Shown here piece after piece: positions 56,833-64,000 of a stretch of 64,000 bases of DNA. Every line of letters begins with the position of its first letter. The stretch's first letter is position 1. Source of the stretch: Eubacteriales bacterium (lineage in GTDB: Bacteria > Bacillota > Clostridia > Oscillospirales > CAG-272); contig JAZKXO010000097.1 in assembly GCA_045611685.1 (NCBI GenBank), forward strand, positions 78,780-142,779, written 5' to 3'. A model generated the notes under the pieces. The model was given only the letters and a program-made list of their open reading frames with translations, was not told the DNA's origin and searched no databases. Both the position numbers and the translations under genes were made by a program.

Positions 56833-58557
56833 TCAGTCTTCCTCGGGAAGATACGCGGTGTAGTTCTTCAGCTTCATCTGCTTGAATTCGCGGCTTGCGT
56901 AGTAGGAGGAACCGTACCCGGACAGATCGTCGTGGATAAGGAACGCATCCTGAAGGAAGATGAGCGGCATAACGGGCATATCCTCCATGAGTTTTGCTTC
57001 TGCCTCATGGAGAGCAGCAACGCGGTCAGCGGCATTCGCTGCGGCATATGCCTTCTCGATGAGGGCGTCGTATGCATCGTTCTTGTATCCGGTAGCGTGG
57101 CCGTATACATCGTACGTGGGGGAATCCATGTTCACACCGTTGCCGGAGAATTCAGCGGCAAAGGGAGCAAGGGCCACGAACGCGTCGGGAGCCAGCATCT
57201 GCAGATCAAGCGCGATCACATCGAAATCACCGGACTGATAACGCTCTGTAATAGCTTCGCTGTAAATATTCTTATCGGTACCTTTTATCTTTGCGGGAGC
57301 AACCTCCTCAACGGTGACCTTAAAGCCGAGAGACTCCCACACGCCTTTCACATAAGCGGCAACGGCAAGATCTGCCTCATTGTTGCGCACGGTGATGGTG
57401 AAGGATCCACCCTTCACGCCGGCCTCGCTAAGAAGCGCTTTGGCACCTGCCACGTCAGCGGCAGCAGCAATCAAGTCGCCGCCGATTTCACGGAAGGACG
57501 TGCCGGCAGACGTTTCGAATACGTTATGGGGGATAAGACCGGTTGCGGCCTTTGCGTATGTAACGATCTTCACAATCTCGTTTCTGTCGATCGCCATAGA
57601 AAGCGCGCGGCGGACGCGAGCATCGGAGAAGAGCTTATTGTTCGTATTGAAGTAATACGTGTGCGTTGCCAGCTCGTCGGTAATAACGGCTTCGTTCTTA
57701 TACTGTTCGCGGGAAGCGAGCGGAATCTCGTCGAGATAGAAGAGCTCGCCTGCCTCAAACTTCTGAAGCTGTGCTGCGGCGTCACCGTAAGAATAATTCG
57801 TTACGAGGCGGTACGGGATTACGTACTTATCAAGAGGCTCGTTCTTCTCATCGTTCAGATAGTAGTAGCCGGAGCGCTCGAGACGGAGCATTTCGCCTTT
57901 ATTGATTGCCTTAATAGCAAACGGACCGTTCGTTACGATGCTGGAGGCCTGCTTTGCCCAGTGCACGTCACGCTCAACGATATCCTCACGGAGAGGAACG
58001 AGTGCGGGTGAGGACATAGCGGTAAAGAAACGATCCACGTCGGGCTTCTCATTAAAGTTTACCTGAAGGACGTATACGTCAACAGCGGAGATGCCGACGT
58101 CATCAATGGAAACGTCGCCCATCTTTACCTCACGTGCGTTCGTGATATCGTAAAGAAGTGCTGCGGCTTCGCTTTTGAACGTAGCGTCCAGAATGCGCTT
58201 CCACGCATACACGAAGTCAGCGGCCTGTACGGTACGTCCATCGGTCCACTTCGTGCTGTTCAGCGTGATGAGCATGTACCAGCCGTCATCATCGTTGCCG
58301 AGAAGCTCGTACTCCTTCATAAGCGCCTTTTTCCACTTACCGTTCTCATCAAGATCGGTAAGGCCCTCGTAGACGAGATCGAACACCTGAACCATCGCGT
58401 CATCGTTGAAATGAAGCGCAGGATCAAAGTCAACCATTTCATGGGTCATATAGACATCGATGATCATACCCTTATCGCCTTTTTCAAGCGTGGTACAGCT
58501 TGCCAGAGCGCCCAAAAGCATAACGGCGCAGATCATCAGGGATAAAACTCTTTTCAT
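56833..58557 (-). CDS. ABC transporter substrate-binding lipoprotein, family 5 (peptide/nickel, OppA-like)
   Basis: Lipobox LLGALASC, ~570 aa, with family-5 SBP architecture and motifs. Confidence 0.85.
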   Translation of the reverse strand: MKRVLSLMICAVMLLGALASCTTLEKGDKGMIIDVYMTHEMVDFDPALHFNDDAMVQVFDLVYEGLTDLDENGKWKKALMKEYELLGNDDDGWYMLITLNSTKWTDGRTVQAADFVYAWKRILDATFKSEAAALLYDITNAREVKMGDVSIDDVGISAVDVYVLQVNFNEKPDVDRFFTAMSSPALVPLREDIVERDVHWAKQASSIVTNGPFAIKAINKGEMLRLERSGYYYLNDEKNEPLDKYVIPYRLVTNYSYGDAAAQLQKFEAGELFYLDEIPLASREQYKNEAVITDELATHTYYFNTNNKLFSDARVRRALSMAIDRNEIVKIVTYAKAATGLIPHNVFETSAGTSFREIGGDLIAAAADVAGAKALLSEAGVKGGSFTITVRNNEADLAVAAYVKGVWESLGFKVTVEEVAPAKIKGTDKNIYSEAITERYQSGDFDVIALDLQMLAPDAFVALAPFAAEFSGNGVNMDSPTYDVYGHATGYKNDAYDALIEKAYAAANAADRVAALHEAEAKLMEDMPVMPLIFLQDAFLIHDDLSGYGSSYYASREFKQMKLKNYTAYLPEED

Positions 58558-58856
58558 GGTGTGGATACATCCTCCTCGTGGTTTTATGCGATTCTTTGCG
58601 GCAAATATAAAAATGCCGATTACTCATTATATTATAGCACCTCTACAAGAGATAATCAACAACCTATTGCAATCCGCACAAAACTTTCGGACAGATGCAC
58701 AATATCAGCGCTGTTTTTTTGGCAATTTTAACAGAAATCCACTCCTTTTTTGGCTCCGTTTCCTTTCTCAGACGGGATCTTTTTCCCACCTGCGCATACG
58801 GCTTGAAAAAAAGCGGATACTGAAAAGAAAAAGCGCCGAGAAAAAGGGGTACACGA

Positions 58857-59741
58857 ATGCACAGATACGAAAGAACGGATCTCGCCTGCGAGCTGCCGAA
58901 GGATACGGACAAAAACGGCATTATTCACAAAAAAGAGACACACTTCGGCATCGAAACCGAGGAGACGCTCGTCTGCCCGGGCATAGGAGAGGTCTCCTTC
59001 GGACGCCCCGCCGGCAGATACGCAACGCTCCATCTCGGTAAGATCTGGCTGATGGATAAAAAAGAATCGGAACGCGCCGCCGAAGCCACCGCCGCCCTGC
59101 TCTTTGATTTTCTCACCGAGACGGCAGGCAGAGCGCCGGACGGACATTTTTCCGTTCTCGTCGCGGGGCTCGGCAACCGTTTTATTACGTCGGATTCGAT
59201 CGGCCCCCGAACGGTTGATCGAGTCACGGTAACGAATCACGCCGCGGATACGGATTCTTTGCCGTCGCTCCTCGGATGCGCCCGTGTCTCCGCGATTGCA
59301 CCGGGCGTCGTCGGTCAAACGGGCATAGAGGCGGCGGCGATCATCAGAGACGCCGCAAAAGCGGCAAGAGCGGATGCGGTCATCGCCGTGGACGCATTGG
59401 CGGCACGATCGACGGCGCGGCTCGGCACTACCGTGCAGATTACGGACACGGGGATCCGCCCGGGATCGGGCATCGGTATGCGGCGCACCGCCGTCACGAA
59501 AGAAACTGCAGGCGTTCCCGTCATCGCGATCGGCGTGCCGACGGCGGTCGATTCCGCCACGCTCGTCTTTGATGCGCTCCGAAAAGCCGATATTGATTTC
59601 CCCTCGGACGAGCTCGTCCGCGTACTGGAGGAAGGACGCAGTTATATCGTTTCTCCGCGCGAGAGCGATCTGATCGCCGATGCCTCGTCTGCTCTTTTGG
59701 CAAGAGCGATCAACCGCGTTTTGACACCGGCGCTGACGTAG
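58857..59741 (+). CDS. gpr: GPR endopeptidase (spore germination protease)
   Basis: RTDLACE N-terminus, GLGNRFITSDSIGP, VIAVDALAARS, and a conserved spoIIP neighbour. Confidence 0.88.
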   Translation: MHRYERTDLACELPKDTDKNGIIHKKETHFGIETEETLVCPGIGEVSFGRPAGRYATLHLGKIWLMDKKESERAAEATAALLFDFLTETAGRAPDGHFSVLVAGLGNRFITSDSIGPRTVDRVTVTNHAADTDSLPSLLGCARVSAIAPGVVGQTGIEAAAIIRDAAKAARADAVIAVDALAARSTARLGTTVQITDTGIRPGSGIGMRRTAVTKETAGVPVIAIGVPTAVDSATLVFDALRKADIDFPSDELVRVLEEGRSYIVSPRESDLIADASSALLARAINRVLTPALT

Positions 59742-59805
59742 CGCATACTCCCGTCCGTTTTCGCATATATATGGAGCAAAAACAGGAGCGAAAAAGGAGC
59801 ACGGC

Positions 59806-61011
59806 ATGACGAAAACACATCTCGGCAACACGGAAAAACCGTACCGCGGTCCGATCAACGAAACGGAGCGCCGACTCGTCCTCTACACGCCGCCCGCAAA
59901 GAGGAAGGGAACACCGACCCGGCATCGGATTCTTTCCTTTGCGTGTGCGTTTTTCTGCGTGTTTTCGGCGGCGCTCGGCGGGATCAACACGGCGACGTAC
60001 GTCCAGCGGACGAGCATGGAGGGGATCGTCCTCCGCCTTGGGAATTTCGCCCTCTTCGGGCTCGGAACAATAACCGTTCAAAAGGAAAAACCGCCCCAGA
60101 ACTTCCCGTTAACCGACGTTCCCGACGAGCCGGAGACACTCCCTCCGTCAGAGAGTGCGGACGGTGAAACGGCCGAAGATGCACAGACGGTACGGTATCC
60201 GATACAGGCGGCAGACATCGGCGGCAAAGATCTCCACGCACTTCTGAACGAAACGACGTACGAGCCTGATACCGAGGCACTTCTGTCATCCGCCCTTCCC
60301 TTTCCCGATCTCAGCGAGCATATGAAAAAATACGGTCCCGACGAGCCTTACATTCTCATCCTTCACACACACGGCACGGAAGCATTCGCCCCCGAGGGCA
60401 CGGATACGTACACCATGTCGGATTCGTTCCGCTCGGACGACGTTTCAAAAAACATCGTAGCGGTGGGCGCGGTCATGGCAGAAACGTTCGAGCGTGCCGG
60501 TATCCCCGTCATCCACGTAACGGAGATGTTTGATGAGCAATCCTATCAGGATTCGTACAGCCGCGCGGCGGCAGCGATCCGCGAATACATAAAGGAGTAC
60601 CCCTCCATACAGATCGTGCTTGACGTACACCGCGATTCCATAATCCGTGCAGACATGACAAAAATCCGCCCCGTTACAACGATCGACGGCAAAGACACCG
60701 CGCAGTTCATGACCGTTGTCGGGACGGATTTCAAAGGGGCGAATCACCCCGATTGGACGAAAAATCTCAGTTTTGCTCTCAAGATTCAAGAGAATCTTAT
60801 GGGACGTGCCGATCGGTTCGCCCGCACCGTGAATCTGCGCGGGGCGGGATTCAATCAGCAGTACACGAACGGATCGCTTCTCCTTGAGGTGGGGTCGTGC
60901 GGCAACACGCTCACCGAGGCCAAGCGCGCAGGCGCGCTCGCGGCGATCGCCATCGCCGACGTTGTGAGCGGCGGCAAATGTACGCTCACCGTTTCCGATA
61001 TTCTCCCGTAA
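59806..61011 (+). CDS. spoIIP: Stage II sporulation protein P
   Basis: N-terminal TM, YILILHTHGTEAF, LDVHRDS, NQ....SLLLEVG. AAGGAG RBS. Follows gpr as in Bacillus. Confidence 0.88.
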   Translation: MTKTHLGNTEKPYRGPINETERRLVLYTPPAKRKGTPTRHRILSFACAFFCVFSAALGGINTATYVQRTSMEGIVLRLGNFALFGLGTITVQKEKPPQNFPLTDVPDEPETLPPSESADGETAEDAQTVRYPIQAADIGGKDLHALLNETTYEPDTEALLSSALPFPDLSEHMKKYGPDEPYILILHTHGTEAFAPEGTDTYTMSDSFRSDDVSKNIVAVGAVMAETFERAGIPVIHVTEMFDEQSYQDSYSRAAAAIREYIKEYPSIQIVLDVHRDSIIRADMTKIRPVTTIDGKDTAQFMTVVGTDFKGANHPDWTKNLSFALKIQENLMGRADRFARTVNLRGAGFNQQYTNGSLLLEVGSCGNTLTEAKRAGALAAIAIADVVSGGKCTLTVSDILP

Positions 61012-61013
61012 GA

Positions 61014-61847
61014 TCAGCCGAAAAGAAGCTCGTCGACCTCGCCGAGGCTCTCAAAAATCATATCGGGACGCATATCCTCCTCTGCCGCATCGACGTCAGA
61101 AAGAGTGCTCTCACCCGTGAGAACCAATACAGCGGTAATGCCGTGTTTTTTGCCCGTAGCGATATCCGTATACAGCCGATCGCCGAAGATGCACATATCC
61201 GAGCGTTCCACGCCTGTGATCTCCGAGATCATTTGGGCAGTCTCCGGATAGGGCTTGCCGAAATAGGTAGGCACCGCGCCCGTGGATGCGGTAACGGCGG
61301 CGGCGATCGCACCGCTGTCGGGTATAAACCCGGTCTCCGTAGGGCAGTTGTAATCGGGGTGAGTGGAAAGATACTCCGCGCCGCCCCGTATGAAATCGCA
61401 GGCAAGCGTCAGTTTCTCATAGGTCAGAGTAGTATCAAAGCTCGTAACGACGATATCCGCTTTAGCATTCTTGTCAATCAGTTTTCCCTCTCTGTTCGAG
61501 ATCATGGGAACGCCGGCAAGCGTGAACTCGTCCCAAAGCTCTCCCGTCCCGAGAAGATACACCGATTTCCCCGCCCGATTGCGCGTGAGAAACGCGGCGG
61601 TAACGTCGCCCGAGGTCATGATCTCGCCCTCCCCGGGTTCAAAACCGAGGCGGGTGAGTTTCTCATAATAGAACTCCTTTGAGTGGGAGGCATTGTTCGT
61701 GAAGAACAAAACGCGCTGTCCGTTCGCCCGCAGATTTTTGATGAAACGGATCGCGAAATCAAACGGGATTCCCCCGAGGTAGATCGTGCCGTCCATATCG
61801 AAAATAAAAAGTTTTTTCCCCGCTAAAATCTGCCTGTTCGCATCCAT
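61014..61847 (-). CDS. HAD-IIA family hydrolase (NagD-like sugar phosphatase)
   Basis: FIFDMDGTIYLG, FFTNNAS, GDRLYTDI motifs. Confidence 0.85.
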   Translation of the reverse strand: MDANRQILAGKKLFIFDMDGTIYLGGIPFDFAIRFIKNLRANGQRVLFFTNNASHSKEFYYEKLTRLGFEPGEGEIMTSGDVTAAFLTRNRAGKSVYLLGTGELWDEFTLAGVPMISNREGKLIDKNAKADIVVTSFDTTLTYEKLTLACDFIRGGAEYLSTHPDYNCPTETGFIPDSGAIAAAVTASTGAVPTYFGKPYPETAQMISEITGVERSDMCIFGDRLYTDIATGKKHGITAVLVLTGESTLSDVDAAEEDMRPDMIFESLGEVDELLFG

Positions 61848-62041
61848 ACGTTCCTCCCAAGAATCGCTCTTATGTTCAAAAAGTGCGTTTTACAGAGTAT
61901 ACCACAAAAGCGAAAATTTTTCAACCTTTTCCTTTTAGTCACGCCCAACCGCCGAAGGTTTTATAAACAGGTTGCTTTCCCATACGAAGTATGCTATAAT
62001 AAGGGAAATGAAAGTCAAACTGAACCCTCGGGAGGTTTCTC

Positions 62042-62893
62042 ATGAGTAAGCGCGTTATCGTCGGCATTGACGTCGGCGGCAGCACCACCAAAATCGGCGG
62101 ATTTGACATTACGGACGGCGACCGCCGCCTGATTGAGCCTTTGTTCGTGCGTGCGACGGATCCCATTACGTCTATCTACGGTGCGTTCGGCAAGTTTACC
62201 GATTTGAACGGTCTTTCGCTCACCGATATCGAAAAAGTAATGATCACGGGCGTCGGCTCGTCCTACATACAGCGTCCGATCTACGCCCTCCCCTGTGAGG
62301 TGATGCCGGAATTCCGGTGCATCGGACTTGGCGGTCTGTATCTCTCCGGCCTTGAACGCGCGATCGTTGCAAGCCTCGGCACGGGAACGGCACTGGTGCA
62401 CGCCCGCCGCGGCGAAGAGCCGCAGTACCTCGGCGGCACGGGTGTGGGCGGCGGTACGCTCATGGGGCTATCCAAAAAGATGCTCGGCATGGATGACATC
62501 CGTCATATTGAAGAGCTCGCACGCGAGGGCGATCTCGGCCGCGTGGATCTGAAGATCAGCGATCTGACGAAGGTGGATATCGTGCCCGGCTTCTCCGATA
62601 CGATGACCGCCTCCAACTTTGCCAACGTGAGCGACATCACGACGAAATCGGACATCGCGCTCGGCATCATCAATCTGGTGTTCGAAACAATCGGTATGGT
62701 GGCGATATTCGCCGCGCGCAATCACGGCATCCGCGATATCGTTCTGACAGGCAATTTGACGAGCGTGGAACACGCGCCGGAGGTTTTTGAGTCGCTCAAC
62801 AAGATGTTCGATATGAACTTCCTCATTCCCGAGCGTTCCCAGTTCGGGCCGGTAATCGGCGCGGCGCTCTCCGGCTGTCCGCGAGTGAAATAA
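62042..62893 (+). CDS. coaW: Type II pantothenate kinase
   Basis: ASKHA fold: GIDVGGSTTKIGG, SLGTGTALV, GGTGVGGGTLMGLSKKML. Confidence 0.65.
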   Translation: MSKRVIVGIDVGGSTTKIGGFDITDGDRRLIEPLFVRATDPITSIYGAFGKFTDLNGLSLTDIEKVMITGVGSSYIQRPIYALPCEVMPEFRCIGLGGLYLSGLERAIVASLGTGTALVHARRGEEPQYLGGTGVGGGTLMGLSKKMLGMDDIRHIEELAREGDLGRVDLKISDLTKVDIVPGFSDTMTASNFANVSDITTKSDIALGIINLVFETIGMVAIFAARNHGIRDIVLTGNLTSVEHAPEVFESLNKMFDMNFLIPERSQFGPVIGAALSGCPRVK

Positions 62894-62897
62894 GAAA

Positions 62898-62930
62898 TAA
62901 AAACGGTGGGCTTTCCCACCGTTTTTTATT
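62898..62930. terminator. Bidirectional terminator between coaW and hom
   Basis: AAACGGTGGG ctttc CCCACCGTTT hairpin with A/T runs. Confidence 0.8.
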
Positions 62931-64000
62931 TCAATCAAGTATACGAAGTGCCGACTCCACCTTGCCGGGCAGAGAGGAAAGTCCTTCACTGAGTGCGCTT
63001 TCCGTCATGACGGGCGTAATGAACTCCGAAACCCCTGCGGGCGTGCCGGGCACAGCCGCAACGTCACCGAACACGAGATGTGCAGCATCCATGACCTCCT
63101 GTACGGATGCACCGCTCACGCGGACGTACATGCGGTTTTTGCTGTCGGCGAACTTTTTGACAAATCCGGCGGGAGCGTTCTCCCACGTTTTAGCCGATTC
63201 CGTCTTGTACGAGCCGTTCAGTGCAGCTGCCACGTCGGAGATAACCGCGCCTGCGGTCGGATACCGACCGGCACCGCGGCCGTAGTACATCACGTCTCCC
63301 GTGAGAGCCGACGCCACGGACGCCGCGTTATACACGTCATCCACGTGTGCCAGCGGATTCTTTCCGGGCACAATACGCGGGCACACAAAGACGGATACGC
63401 CGTCTGCCTCGCGCTTGAACGAGCCAATGAGGCGCACAGCGCCGCCGAGGCGCTTTGCCGCATCCATATCGGCGGTGGTGAGTTTTGACATCGTTTCGGC
63501 ATACACGTCGTTTTCGTCTGCGATATAGCCGGTCGCGACGGCGGCGAGAATCATGATCTTCCGCTGTGCGTCAAAGCCGTGAATATCGGCGGAGGGATCC
63601 TTTTCCGCATAGCCGAGCTCTTGTGCTTCGGCGAGCGCCTCATCGAAGGAGATACCGCCGTCGCGCATACGGGTCAGGATGTAGTTCGTCGTACCGTTCA
63701 AAATACCGTTTATCGCATCCACGCGGTCGGTGGCAAGGCTCGTACGGATGGAACGGATCAGCGGAATACCGCCGCCCACGCTTGCCTCATAGAGATACGC
63801 GGCACCGGTTTCGTCTGCCAGACGCATAAGCTCTGCGCCGTGCTTTGCCACGAGTTCCTTATTGGAAGTGATAACGTGCTTGCCCGCTTTAAGCGCAGCC
63901 GTGGAAAACTCGAGCGCCGGATGCACACCGCCCATCGTCTCAACGACGAGGGAAATCTCCGCATCGTTCATGATCGTGTCCACGTCGTGGATCACGCGAT
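62931..64000 (-). CDS. hom: Homoserine dehydrogenase (5' end beyond the window)
   Basis: VITSNKELVA, YEASVGGGIPLIR, C-terminal ACT domain. The ORF runs off the right edge. Confidence 0.88.
   Translation of the reverse strand, partial: RVIHDVDTIMNDAEISLVVETMGGVHPALEFSTAALKAGKHVITSNKELVAKHGAELMRLADETGAAYLYEASVGGGIPLIRSIRTSLATDRVDAINGILNGTTNYILTRMRDGGISFDEALAEAQELGYAEKDPSADIHGFDAQRKIMILAAVATGYIADENDVYAETMSKLTTADMDAAKRLGGAVRLIGSFKREADGVSVFVCPRIVPGKNPLAHVDDVYNAASVASALTGDVMYYGRGAGRYPTAGAVISDVAAALNGSYKTESAKTWENAPAGFVKKFADSKNRMYVRVSGASVQEVMDAAHLVFGDVAAVPGTPAGVSEFITPVMTESALSEGLSSLPGKVESALRILD

Noticed and set aside
58558-58572. Isolated DnaA-box-like GTATCCACA just upstream of the SBP gene start
   Set aside because: A single imperfect copy overlapping the RBS/start region, which is expected by chance.
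1-64000. Scan for CRISPR arrays, tRNA/rRNA genes, reverse transcriptases/DGRs and recognisable defence or toxin-antitoxin modules
   Set aside because: No regularly spaced direct repeats, no cloverleaf-like or rRNA-like conserved stretches, and no RT (YxDD), nuclease-helicase or TA-type gene pairs were seen. None is reported.

Overview
This 64 kb chromosomal window comes from a high-GC, spore-forming Firmicute, probably a Clostridia or Oscillospiraceae-like organism (gpr, spoIIP, SLH-anchored wall proteins, mreBCD-mrdA, gatCAB). About 55 protein genes can be supported. I saw no rRNA, tRNA or CRISPR. Most of the window (about 10.5-64 kb) is conserved housekeeping: guaB, prmC-ddl, ribF, proBA, zapA, dut, maf-mreBCD-mrdA, gatCAB-nfo, a radical-SAM protein, rlmB, a sigma factor, gpr-spoIIP, coaW and hom. 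The left ~10 kb is visibly lower in GC and looks accessory. It holds a chimeric tyrosine/serine recombinase remnant, a 1144-aa SLH surface protein, an AT-rich spacer, an esterase/unknown/SDR cluster and XRE plus zinc-ribbon membrane proteins. The most unusual item is a 630-bp gene-free gap between the convergent ddl and dac genes (17.02-17.65 kb). It combines four DnaA boxes in two inverted pairs, three iteron-like direct repeats, and perfect AT-rich palindromes, which is an origin-like or DnaA-titration-like layout. Other items worth a second look are several apparent pseudo-enzymes: a P-type-ATPase-like membrane protein with degenerate catalytic motifs and a ~250-aa acidic tail, a PBP5-like protein lacking SxN/KTG, and an MGS-like protein with all four catalytic residues substituted. 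There is also a 1284-aa SLH protein built from eight divergent ~100-aa repeats of an unrecognised module. All functional calls come from reading motifs by eye. No database search was run.
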